A DNA stretch of 64,000 bases. Source: a virus (taxonomy: Duplodnaviria > Caudoviricetes). The position numbers and the translations under genes were made by a program. Below the pieces are notes generated by a model. That model searched no databases. It was not told the origin of the DNA and was given only the letters and a program-made list of their open reading frames with translations. The stretch lies in the IMG/VR virus record IMGVR_UViG_3300028549_001457, positions 160,001 to 224,000 of that record. One strand, written 5' to 3'. This document shows positions 1-9,087 of the stretch, in pieces. Position 1 is the stretch's first letter. The number at the start of each line of letters is the position of its first letter.

Positions 1-34
1 TAGGTATGTAGAAGATAAGTTCATTCTCCGGAAT

Positions 35-370
35 ATGGCCCGTGTAGTCTTTAGTTTGACAGGTAAAGACGAGTTTGGGAAACCCAAGGAAGGGGCACAC
101 GATAGGCTTTCCGCCTTACTAGATGAGTTCTTTAAGAAAAACTATATGCGTTCTGATGGCTCTAAAATGAGTCGTTGGGAGACAATAGGAGAGTCTTTCT
201 TAGACTACGTTGGAACTAATATCTGGCAAAGAGTCTTTGATATTATTATTTTAGGTGTCCTATGGCTGCTCATAGTCAATCCTGCGGCACGGGCTATCCA
301 AGAGGTTGCAGCTACCTCTGAAAAGCATATGCAATCCGTTGTTGAGAAGGTCCAACCCCCTAAAAAATAG
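35..370 (+). CDS. hypothetical protein with one hydrophobic helix
   Basis: 111 aa ORF; IIILGVLWLLIV segment. Confidence 0.55.
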   Translation: MARVVFSLTGKDEFGKPKEGAHDRLSALLDEFFKKNYMRSDGSKMSRWETIGESFLDYVGTNIWQRVFDIIILGVLWLLIVNPAARAIQEVAATSEKHMQSVVEKVQPPKK

Positions 371-371
371 T

Positions 372-401
372 TGGATTTTTTCATGCGTGGTTCCGTATCT
401 T
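372..401 (+). promoter_or_regulatory. ECF-like promoter TGGATT-N17-CGTATCT
   Basis: member of an 11-site recurring intergenic motif. Confidence 0.5.
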
Positions 402-523
402 GTGTAGCCCCATCATGGGCATTAATATTTATCTATTGTCTAGAAAAGTTTTCTGTATTACTCTGTCTAATGTAATTTATTCAACCCAGCCCAGCCCAGA
501 CCACCGCTCTTAGGAGTCCACAA

Positions 524-1768
524 ATGCATGAAATCCATACTGGTCGTGTCGTTCCAAATAGCCGACTTCTTAAAAAAGCCGCTAGGGTTGCTAAGAAAAA
601 ACTAACCGAGTCTGGACTACTGGTGGGATCCTCTTCTAAGCCTAAGATAACCCCCAAGGAAACCTTAGAGGTCTCTCCTAGAGGTATTTCTATGGTATGC
701 CCAAGGCCTGTGCCTAGAACTCCCCAGTATGTAGCTATGCCCATTGGGGTGGAGGCGCTCTTTATCCCATGGGCGCATGAGGATATCACATTCTCTGCTC
801 GGAAATTTTGTAATACGATTGCAGCCTATCCCGTGCAGCTTACTAGCACCCTAACCAAAATTAATAACTATCAATCCGTGTTTCTCAACTCGACTAAGAC
901 TCTTAGGGCTCCTGCTGGGTGCTTTGTATTCCCGTCTAAACTAACCCCTGCTTTAACCTCAATGATTGATTCTTTTATTGCAGAGGGTGAGTCCACTATT
1001 GAGCAAATTTTGAAGGAAGCTTACTCCACCCGAGACGGTAGGTGTGCAATCCCTGGAGAGGGGGCTATCTTCGTTCCTCGTAGTTCGGCAGACGTTGCTG
1101 ATGTCTTGGATGTCTGTATGCCCAATAGAGTTTATTTGGTGTCCATTACTGGGCCTCAGGCGGGGAATAAGGTCCCCTGTAAAATTGAGCATATGGTAGG
1201 GGATTCCATTAAAGAACGTCTTTTCAAGGCTCCTTTGGACACCCTGACGCTTACTATCGATAAGATTAAGCTGTCTGATTCTATGGCGGCTGTAAAGGCC
1301 TGTGAGATAGCTACCATGGAACGTATCACTACGTATCTATGTGATCCACCGGAATACCTGTTGTTAGATCCAAGCACTCCTGATCCCGAGCCTGAGGATG
1401 CGCCTGACGCTCCTGATGAGGCCCCCGATCAAACTGATGCTGTGGGTGAGGAGGTTCTAGATGCCCCGGAAGAGGAGTTTATTGATGCTCCCGATGCACC
1501 AGGGGATGATTCTGGAGAGGTCTTTGATGATGGGTCTTCTGGTGACTTTGAGGGTCCTGGTGATCGTGAAGATCCCCCCAGTTTTATGGACCCACATACC
1601 GAGAATGCCTATCTACGGGCGCAGGTGGCTCTCTACAAAAAAATTACTGAACAACAAACTGAGATTTATCAGCTAACTAAACGTGTCAATAATGCTAACA
1701 CGGTTCGGGCTGTTGTGGCTAGTTTCATGAAGGTTATGGAAGACCTTCTCAGAGATACCACGGAATGA
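524..1768 (+). CDS. hypothetical protein with acidic low-complexity linker and C-terminal coiled coil
   Basis: 414 aa ORF; stop overlaps next start (ATGA). Confidence 0.7.
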   Translation: MHEIHTGRVVPNSRLLKKAARVAKKKLTESGLLVGSSSKPKITPKETLEVSPRGISMVCPRPVPRTPQYVAMPIGVEALFIPWAHEDITFSARKFCNTIAAYPVQLTSTLTKINNYQSVFLNSTKTLRAPAGCFVFPSKLTPALTSMIDSFIAEGESTIEQILKEAYSTRDGRCAIPGEGAIFVPRSSADVADVLDVCMPNRVYLVSITGPQAGNKVPCKIEHMVGDSIKERLFKAPLDTLTLTIDKIKLSDSMAAVKACEIATMERITTYLCDPPEYLLLDPSTPDPEPEDAPDAPDEAPDQTDAVGEEVLDAPEEEFIDAPDAPGDDSGEVFDDGSSGDFEGPGDREDPPSFMDPHTENAYLRAQVALYKKITEQQTEIYQLTKRVNNANTVRAVVASFMKVMEDLLRDTTE

Positions 1769-2478
1769 CCTGGACCACACCCACCACTGAGCAAATTAGA
1801 ACCCTACGCTTACGGGATGGCCCTAACTTTGTTGTCCCCCAGGAATTTTTATCAAGCCTAATCCTTCATGAATCCGGTGCTATCTATTTTCCTATTTATG
1901 CCCTTGATGGGACCCCTGTAGGCTGGAATGGCCGTGCTCCGGATCAGAAAATCTGGAGTCAGACCCTAACTTCTGAAATTGCCCCCAGATTTACATCTTG
2001 GACACCTCAACTTTCTCGTATTGTATATGCTAGTAGGAGTATTTTTTTAGTGGAGGGGTCCTACGATGCTCTTGCATTAGCTCCTGTAATACCGTGGGTT
2101 ATTAGCACAAACACTTCCAGGGTTCAAAAAGAAATCCTAGAATGGTGTAAAATGTGGAAACTTCATGTGTATACATCTTTTGATTTGGATCTACCCGACC
2201 CAAAAACACAAAAAGCCACGGGGCAAGACGCTACTCAGAAAATCACCCAGGAACTTTATGAGGCTGGTTGTAAAGTTACTCACGTAAGACTGCCATCAGG
2301 AAGCCCCCCAAGAATGGTTTTATCCGCACAAGGTGTTCCCGTCCCAATTCCAGGGATTCACTTAAAAGACCCAGCCCAAGCTTTTGCGGTTATGGGTCCC
2401 GAGTTTCATTCCATGATTCTTAACAAGGTCACATCGGCCTGTAATACTCCAGGAGGGCTTTATGTCCGAAGTTTTTGA
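1765..2478 (+). CDS. DNA primase-like Toprim domain protein
   Basis: FLVEGSYDALAL, FDLD and KDPAQ motifs; G..VGWNGR segment as in DnaG. Confidence 0.65.
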   Translation: MTWTTPTTEQIRTLRLRDGPNFVVPQEFLSSLILHESGAIYFPIYALDGTPVGWNGRAPDQKIWSQTLTSEIAPRFTSWTPQLSRIVYASRSIFLVEGSYDALALAPVIPWVISTNTSRVQKEILEWCKMWKLHVYTSFDLDLPDPKTQKATGQDATQKITQELYEAGCKVTHVRLPSGSPPRMVLSAQGVPVPIPGIHLKDPAQAFAVMGPEFHSMILNKVTSACNTPGGLYVRSF

Positions 2479-3601
2479 ACCATCTGCTGTGCTACCTCCC
2501 ATTAATTTTGAAGGGGCTACGTATCTTGAGTATGACGATGCTCAAGCGGTGGACTCCGATTTTATCCAGGAAGTAAGGGATTCCTTTAAGGCCTGTGAGG
2601 ATATTCAGGAAGAGCTTGTTGGGTTGAGCGATCTGAGGTGTGTTTTCGAGGATAATACCTATCACCTTGATATTCTTGGGGATAAGTATCATTTCCCTGA
2701 AAATGGCCTTGCCTTCACTCAGTATTGCGCGGCTCTCGGTATCCCCGGAGCGTTTGCTCGTAAGAACCCCGGTGCTGATAATATCCAGCTTTTCTCCACG
2801 CATACTGCGCTTAAAACCCAGGTTGCTGAAAAAGAGATCCTGCTCAAGTATCATTACAACGCATCTACCCAAAAGAATGAATTGTGTGCAGTTCTCAAGG
2901 GTACTTTTCAGACCATTAAGAACTCCACAATTTTTGAGGGACTCGTGGATGCCCTTGGGGGCCATGTTGTTGTTGATCGCAATATGTGCAATATTGATCC
3001 CTACGGCGCTAATTATCTGCGTCTTTTGTCGCCCAATTTCCTCCCAACGTCTGATGAAGATAAAATCTTCCTCGCATATGATCTCCAGTTTTCTGAGTGC
3101 GCTGATACTGGAGTGGTGTTGGGTTTAGGGCTGTGGCGCAAGATCTGCTCCAATGGGCTTGCTGTCCCATCAATGGATGGCAAGGAAGCCTATAAGCACC
3201 CCTATAGAGGGTTGGACCCCACGGTTCCCGCCTACATCTTCTCGCGGCTGCTGAAGGAAGTTGTCACGAATGACGCCATTGGGAAACGTCTTGCGACTAG
3301 GCGTGATGAACTCATGCTGGAACAAATGGATCTTCAGACCTCTCTGGAGCGTTTGGCCTATAACGGAACCCCCAATGCCTTCATTGCAATGATTGAGGAG
3401 AAGGTTGCTCAAGATGTTACACGGTCCCAGTGGAATCTTCTAAATGACCTAACTCAAGAAGCACAGGCTATTCCTAATCTTCGTAGGCGCAGAGCTATTG
3501 AGAAGTGTATTGGTCAAACTTTTGGGTTTACTCTAGCGTATGACTCCCCCCATAGTCGTAAGAAGAAAAAGGAAGAGGCTGACGCTACACGCGAAGCCTA
3601 A
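2462..3601 (+). CDS. DUF932-like phage protein
   Basis: GLWRKICSNGL motif typical of the family. Confidence 0.45.
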   Translation: MSEVFEPSAVLPPINFEGATYLEYDDAQAVDSDFIQEVRDSFKACEDIQEELVGLSDLRCVFEDNTYHLDILGDKYHFPENGLAFTQYCAALGIPGAFARKNPGADNIQLFSTHTALKTQVAEKEILLKYHYNASTQKNELCAVLKGTFQTIKNSTIFEGLVDALGGHVVVDRNMCNIDPYGANYLRLLSPNFLPTSDEDKIFLAYDLQFSECADTGVVLGLGLWRKICSNGLAVPSMDGKEAYKHPYRGLDPTVPAYIFSRLLKEVVTNDAIGKRLATRRDELMLEQMDLQTSLERLAYNGTPNAFIAMIEEKVAQDVTRSQWNLLNDLTQEAQAIPNLRRRRAIEKCIGQTFGFTLAYDSPHSRKKKKEEADATREA

Positions 3602-3622
3602 GGTTCTTTTTCTAGTTATTTT

Positions 3623-3648
3623 AAGTGGCCCCACATGGGGCCACTTTT
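3623..3648 (+). terminator. intrinsic terminator
   Basis: aagtggcccc-acat-ggggccactt hairpin followed by T run. Confidence 0.7.
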
Positions 3649-3694
3649 ATATTCTGTATCTCCTATATTGTGACTCTACTTTCGTGGATGGATA

Positions 3695-5125
3695 ATGACT
3701 GATTCTTGGATGACTAAATACAGGCCCACCACATTCTTGGATGTTGTAGGGCAGGATGATACCCTCACCATTCTTAAGGGTATGCTTCGAGGCAAATTTA
3801 TTATCCCATCAATAATCATCGAAGGGTCCTATGGGGTTGGTAAAACTAGTATTGCACGGATTCTAGCTAAAGCACTCCTATGTGAGTCCCCCGATTCTGA
3901 GGGTATGCCCTGTAATATATGTGAATCCTGTAAGGCCTTCACATCGGGGAACAATATTAATTACATTGAACGTGATGCGGCGTCTTCAGGGAAGGTCGCA
4001 GACATTCGAGAACTAGTTAAACTTTGTGCCTACCCAGCTATGGGTTCATCTCGAAGGGTGGTAGTTCTGGATGAGGCCCATAGAGTTACCCCGGAAGGGT
4101 GGAATGCTCTGCTAAAAACCCTTGAAGAATCCGTGCAATATACTGTTTTTATTTTTTGCACTACCGAAGCTGACAAGATTCTAGACTCCATTAAATCAAG
4201 ATCGCGTGATTTTAGGCTAACCCCAATTTCCACCACCCTCATGATCGAACGGATGAAATATGTTCTGAAAACAGAGGGGGTAGGGGATTTTGAAGAAGAC
4301 GCTCTCAGGGCTATAGCAGAAGCGTCTCATGGTCACCTTAGGGACGCATTAAATATCCTAGAACAGGCTCATCTAGCTGAAGGTATCACGCTAGACTGTG
4401 TGACTAGGCTCACGTGTAGGGTAGATACCTCGCGTATTAAAGCTGCCTTGGAAGCCACGTTGCGAGACCCCTCTTTTATGTTAGTAGCCCTCGCAGAATG
4501 GCTACAGTTCATGACACCCTCCGATATTGCTTTATCTATACATGATGTTATTATTAAGCATCAGTTGGCATTACTAAAAGTAGAGCCACACAATATGCTT
4601 GTAGGGTGGGGGGATGTGATTCCCATTATGACTTGGTTATCTATTGCACCCACCCCAACAACCCCCTCTCAACTTCAAAATTTTATGATTCAGTTGGTTT
4701 CCAGGCTTAAAGTATCTCCGCAAAAACAGGACATCACCCAGACTGCTTCTGATAGCGATGTGGTAAGAAAACCCAAGCCAGAAGCTAAGTTAAGGCCTTC
4801 CCCTAGAAGTGTCGTATTAGCTCCCAGGCCAACCCCTCTCCCGCGCCCCGCTGAGACTCCTAGTGTTATCACAAACCCGCCTACACCCATTCCCACACCC
4901 ATTCCCACACCCATTCCTACACCCATTCCTACTCCCATTCCTACTCCCATTCCTACTCCCATTCCTACTCCCATTCCTACTCCCATTCCTACTCCCATTC
5001 CTACTCCCATTCCTACTCCCATTCCTACTCCCATTCCTACTGTAGGGGCACCCTCGGTTGCATCTTTTTTAGCTCAATTTTCTGTACAATCCCCCATTCC
5101 GCAAGTTGGCGATGCTCAGGAGTAA
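3695..5125 (+). CDS. dnaX: DNA polymerase III subunit gamma/tau (clamp loader)
   Basis: [13 protein letters not shown], Walker [11 protein letters not shown]4 zinc site, [21 protein letters not shown]. Confidence 0.9.
   Translation: MTDSWMTKYRPTTFLDVVGQDDTLTILKGMLRGKFIIPSIIIEGSYGVGKTSIARILAKALLCESPDSEGMPCNICESCKAFTSGNNINYIERDAASSGKVADIRELVKLCAYPAMGSSRRVVVLDEAHRVTPEGWNALLKTLEESVQYTVFIFCTTEADKILDSIKSRSRDFRLTPISTTLMIERMKYVLKTEGVGDFEEDALRAIAEASHGHLRDALNILEQAHLAEGITLDCVTRLTCRVDTSRIKAALEATLRDPSFMLVALAEWLQFMTPSDIALSIHDVIIKHQLALLKVEPHNMLVGWGDVIPIMTWLSIAPTPTTPSQLQNFMIQLVSRLKVSPQKQDITQTASDSDVVRKPKPEAKLRPSPRSVVLAPRPTPLPRPAETPSVITNPPTPIPTPIPTPIPTPIPTPIPTPIPTPIPTPIPTPIPTPIPTPIPTPIPTPIPTVGAPSVASFLAQFSVQSPIPQVGDAQE
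4886..5041 (+). repeat. 13 x 12 bp tandem repeat encoding (PIPT)13 in DnaX
   Basis: 2x cccattcccaca, 1x cccattcctaca, 10x cccattcctact. Confidence 0.95.
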
Positions 5126-5128
5126 TTA

Positions 5129-5755
5129 ATGTACGTGGAACGACATAACCCACAGGGGAAGATTTGGATCCCCATTAATATTCATATAACCCATGAGCGA
5201 CTCCAGGTTTTCTTCACTAAATTTGTAGACTGGCTAGATCTCCATGTGACCAAGCCCTGGGCTCTTTTCCTACCCATTAAGGGGTCCAAACTTATCACAG
5301 ATCCCTATGGCTATATTAGCCTAGATGATTTTTCCCCCTCAGATATTAAGCTACTCGACCCAAATAGTTGCCCATATGTCTATCAGATCCCAACAGACCC
5401 AGCTACTAAGCGTATCTGCATGATGGATGACGAGTGGATTAAATTTTTAAAAGCAGAATATGAGACACAGCTTAAAGAAAATTGTGTTTTTTCTCATGGG
5501 GATAATGTAATTTTTAGGGAAACCGTGTATAAAAATCTGCGAGGAGTTTTTCAACATCATCCAGATCCTGAAAATCCTACCTATAGCACGGTGGCTCTAA
5601 ACCTATTTTCCGCGCAATTTATTATAACTCTTCCGTCCCGCTACCTAGAAAAATATGATCTAACCGGGGATAATGATAACAATATTAATAGTCTTGGAAT
5701 GTTCTTTACTTCCGCTGTTCTAAGTGACAGTTCTGAGGTTGAAGCTCTAGATTAG
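5129..5755 (+). CDS. NusG/RfaH-like transcription factor
   Basis: C-terminal KOW-like FSHGDNVIF...LNLFSAQFIITLPSRYLEK; NGN-like PYGYISL. Confidence 0.5.
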   Translation: MYVERHNPQGKIWIPINIHITHERLQVFFTKFVDWLDLHVTKPWALFLPIKGSKLITDPYGYISLDDFSPSDIKLLDPNSCPYVYQIPTDPATKRICMMDDEWIKFLKAEYETQLKENCVFSHGDNVIFRETVYKNLRGVFQHHPDPENPTYSTVALNLFSAQFIITLPSRYLEKYDLTGDNDNNINSLGMFFTSAVLSDSSEVEALD

Positions 5756-5772
5756 TTATAGAAGAGGTATAT

Positions 5773-6351
5773 ATGCGTGAGACGTCTAAATGTCACCTCC
5801 TACGCGCCGCTCGTGGGGATTTTGAAAATTACCTAAATGGAGACATTTTGGATGTTGGCTGCGGCCCTGACCCACTAAAACCTCCCCAAGGCGTTGTTCG
5901 TCCATGGGACTTAACTGATGGTGATGCCTCCTATTTACAAACCATTCCAGATCGATCCTTTGATAGTCTATACTCATCTCATTGTTTAGAGCATCTACCT
6001 GATTTAAAGATAGCTTTAGCCAATTGGGTACGGGTTGTAAAGGATGGGGGGTGGATTTATATTACAATCCCCGATTACACACTCTATGAAAAAGAGCGCT
6101 GGCCCTCTAGATTTAATTCGGATCATAAATGTAGTTTTTCGATATCTAAAACACGAGATGAGGTGGGTAGAGACTCTCATTTCAACATTAAAAATGATTT
6201 GGACCCAATTATGGTTGAATTGGGCTGTAGGTTGGTTCGTGTAGAACTTGAGGATGTAAATTATAATTATGGACTCCCAGAAACAGATCAAACAATTGGA
6301 AAAGCTCTAGCGCAAATTTGCTGTATTTGGTTTAAGAAACATGGGTTTTGA
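5773..6351 (+). CDS. class I SAM-dependent methyltransferase
   Basis: ILDVGCG motif I; FDSLYSSHCLEHL; VKDGG. Confidence 0.85.
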   Translation: MRETSKCHLLRAARGDFENYLNGDILDVGCGPDPLKPPQGVVRPWDLTDGDASYLQTIPDRSFDSLYSSHCLEHLPDLKIALANWVRVVKDGGWIYITIPDYTLYEKERWPSRFNSDHKCSFSISKTRDEVGRDSHFNIKNDLDPIMVELGCRLVRVELEDVNYNYGLPETDQTIGKALAQICCIWFKKHGF

Positions 6352-6379
6352 TGAATCCATGGGTTTGTTTATCGTAGGC

Positions 6380-6408
6380 TGGATCTTTTGTGTGAACCCC
6401 TCGTATCT
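6380..6408 (+). promoter_or_regulatory. ECF-like promoter TGGATC-N16-CGTATCT
   Basis: recurring motif 20 nt before a start codon. Confidence 0.6.
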
Positions 6409-6427
6409 AGTGTAGAGGGGTTAACAC

Positions 6428-7075
6428 ATGCGCCTATTTATTTACTTCTGGATTCTTAGCATCTCGATGTTGGTAGCATCAGCCCCCGCCCAGCATTGGG
6501 TTGAGGTGAAGGCCACTCCTTCGTTTATCCTTTCGGGTAGAGTTCAATGGCATATTGCCAATGCAGCAGGGCATAACATCGATTATTGTGATGACCTGGA
6601 TACGTTTAATATGTTCTCCCCTACTATTTGGCTTACAGGGCTTCGAGCATCTGAGCCTTTGAGGGACATTGAGTTTGACCTTCGAACGTCCACCGACACC
6701 TTTAATAGACCCATTAATAAAACAACCTTGTTCCTGGACACTAGCTCCCTTCGAGAGAATCGTAGCTACTCATTTAGGATTGTCTCAAAAACAATTTCGG
6801 TTGAAGTCCATGCTAGAGTTGGTCAGCAATATGGTATTATTGGGCGTATTTCAGACTCGGTATACCCATACGCAAACTCGTATGCTTTTGAAATGTCCCT
6901 GGGTATATATAACTCTAAGCCCTCCTGGGTGCTTAGAGTTGATGAAACAGCTTTCCCCAAGCATTATGCATACGCGGTCATGCTCATGGTTACTGCCATG
7001 AATCGCTATACAGACCCCCAGCGTAATCAAGATCAGTGCAACCCATTCTACTATGTAAAAAACACAGCATTCTAA
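6428..7075 (+). CDS. hypothetical protein with signal peptide
   Basis: 215 aa ORF with hydrophobic N-terminus ending ASA. Confidence 0.6.
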   Translation: MRLFIYFWILSISMLVASAPAQHWVEVKATPSFILSGRVQWHIANAAGHNIDYCDDLDTFNMFSPTIWLTGLRASEPLRDIEFDLRTSTDTFNRPINKTTLFLDTSSLRENRSYSFRIVSKTISVEVHARVGQQYGIIGRISDSVYPYANSYAFEMSLGIYNSKPSWVLRVDETAFPKHYAYAVMLMVTAMNRYTDPQRNQDQCNPFYYVKNTAF

Positions 7076-7085
7076 TGGAGAATTA

Positions 7086-7601
7086 ATGGTACGGTATGGT
7101 TTTATTGGGGGGATGAGGGTTGGTAAAGATACGGCTGCAGATTTTCTTAAGCAGACAGCTCCAGGCCCCACTCTGAAATTTGCAGATCCTTTGTATCAGA
7201 TTCAGGAGGCAATTTACAAGATTTCCAGACTTACCCCTCCTGAGGGGGGTCGGGACCGAGGATTACTCCAGTTTATTGGGACTGATTGGGGGCGTAAAAC
7301 TATTAATCCCGACATTTGGATTAATGTCATGCAAGCCACCCTTAGTGAGATTCCTAAAGGTGCCAATATTTACCTGACTGATGTAAGATTTCCCAATGAG
7401 TTCCGGCTTCTAGATCAGTTTGGGATTCTGAAAATCAAGATTAAAAGGCCTCTAGAAGATCGCATCCTTTATGGTGCTACAAATCTCACACATGAGTCTG
7501 AAACCGCCCTGGACCATATCCCTGATTCAGAGTATGACTCTGTGATTGAAAATAATGGTACACTGGATGAGTTCTATGCTAAACTGAAAGCTCTCCTGTA
7601 A
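7086..7601 (+). CDS. deoxynucleoside monophosphate kinase
   Basis: GGMRVGKDT P-loop, FADPL, LLQFIGTDWGR, TDVRFPNE, HESE. Confidence 0.85.
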   Translation: MVRYGFIGGMRVGKDTAADFLKQTAPGPTLKFADPLYQIQEAIYKISRLTPPEGGRDRGLLQFIGTDWGRKTINPDIWINVMQATLSEIPKGANIYLTDVRFPNEFRLLDQFGILKIKIKRPLEDRILYGATNLTHESETALDHIPDSEYDSVIENNGTLDEFYAKLKALL

Positions 7602-7623
7602 GCCTTAGCCTAAAGGTATCCGA

Positions 7624-8016
7624 ATGACACTTCATGAATCTCATGGGATTCTACACTATGGGGATCGTAAGTTAATTGTATCTGTAGACCCTCAACTGGC
7701 TTTATTTTACAGATCCCTCATCCCTAAGTATAAGAATGTTGCTGGTCAACGGTATGCTCCGCATATCTCCGTTGTACGAAATGAGGTCCCACCTAATATG
7801 AACCTATGGGGTAAATATGAGGGTGAGCGCATCTTATTCTTGTATGACCCAATTATTCAAAATGATACCCTTTATTATTGGTTAAATGTCTTCTCGGTTC
7901 GATTGGAAGTTATTAGGGTCGAGTTAGGTCTCCCCGTGACTAGCCCCTACACCAAACCTCCCGATGGTTTTCTTAAGTGTTTTCATACAACTCTCGGCAA
8001 CTGCAAATCTCTTTAA
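7624..8016 (+). CDS. 2H phosphoesterase family protein
   Basis: two HxS/T motifs: PHISVV and FHTTLG. Confidence 0.6.
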   Translation: MTLHESHGILHYGDRKLIVSVDPQLALFYRSLIPKYKNVAGQRYAPHISVVRNEVPPNMNLWGKYEGERILFLYDPIIQNDTLYYWLNVFSVRLEVIRVELGLPVTSPYTKPPDGFLKCFHTTLGNCKSL

Positions 8017-8047
8017 ACAGAGAGTTGAAACCCCGGAGGACGCCCCC

Positions 8048-8248
8048 ATGGGATTGCCAAATGATTTTATTGAAGAATTCCTTCCACCAGCTAGCGGCGT
8101 CTCCATTTTGGGGCACTCACTTTCAAGTCTCTCTAAGAGAGAACTCCAAGCTACAATTGTCTTTCTGATTGCCGAAGTGGAAGAAAAGAAAACTATTATT
8201 AACCGTTACCCAACATACCAGCTACCACGTAGTAAACGCGGAAACTAA
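8048..8248 (+). CDS. hypothetical protein
   Basis: ATG at 8048 after GGAGG, within ORF 7964..8248. Confidence 0.45.
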   Translation: MGLPNDFIEEFLPPASGVSILGHSLSSLSKRELQATIVFLIAEVEEKKTIINRYPTYQLPRSKRGN

Positions 8249-8322
8249 AACTACCAGAAACACCTACACCAAACGGTCCTCCAACAAACCCTTTTGATGT
8301 AGGTGTTTCTGGGGTATACCTT

Positions 8323-9087
8323 TTGCAAATTTTAAGCTTTAGCCCATCTAGGGGTCCAATTGGGTCTACGGTTACTCTCATAGGTGACTTCCAGATTGTA
8401 TGGAAGTCTTCCTGGAATGCCTCTACCTATTATAATGCTAATGACGTGGTGGCCCATCTAGGCACCTACTATATTGCTCGTCATGCTCATTCAAACTTAA
8501 ACCCTATGGGTTTATTTGGGTGGGACCTATTATACCCCCGTCTGTCGTTTAAACTAGGCGTGACTCAAATTGACCCAGCATCTTTAGTTATACTAGATTC
8601 TAATACCGTCCAGGTGACTATCCCCACGGGTGCTGTTTCAGGTAAATTTACTGTTGCAAGAAACCTATCCACGTATACCACGCCCTCAGATTTTAAACTC
8701 GTTTTTGAGCCGCATATTGCGTATGTCCAGGTACATACCAGCAATCCTATTGAGGCTCTGGCTTTTAACCAAAGTATTCTCCCATATGAAGAAGTAGCCC
8801 CCCATCCAGTTGACGGTCTTTCTACATCACCAACGGGGCAAACTTACACAATTAACTTCCCTAATTATTGCAAAATAGGGGGGAGTAACTTTGGCAATAT
8901 CGCTAGTGTTGTCATTAATGGGTCCCCAACTAGGTTTGTAGTGCATAATCACGAACAGATCACAGCTTCAATAGAAGTTCCGTATATCACCAGTGTTATT
9001 ATTAAAACCACTAGTGGAATAATAGCGGATCATCATAACTTAGGCTATGGAATATTTTCATATGGGTTGAATGGATATGGCTACTAA
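8323..9087 (+). CDS. IPT/TIG-domain protein with CBM5/12-like insert, probably virion associated
   Basis: FSPSRGPIGSTVTLIG; WNASTYYNANDVVAHLGTYY; IGGSNFG. Confidence 0.6.
   Translation: MQILSFSPSRGPIGSTVTLIGDFQIVWKSSWNASTYYNANDVVAHLGTYYIARHAHSNLNPMGLFGWDLLYPRLSFKLGVTQIDPASLVILDSNTVQVTIPTGAVSGKFTVARNLSTYTTPSDFKLVFEPHIAYVQVHTSNPIEALAFNQSILPYEEVAPHPVDGLSTSPTGQTYTINFPNYCKIGGSNFGNIASVVINGSPTRFVVHNHEQITASIEVPYITSVIIKTTSGIIADHHNLGYGIFSYGLNGYGY

Noticed and set aside
4690-5045. ORFs 4690..5034 (-) and 4863..5045 (+)
   Set aside because: Alternative-frame readings of the 12 bp repeat inside dnaX.
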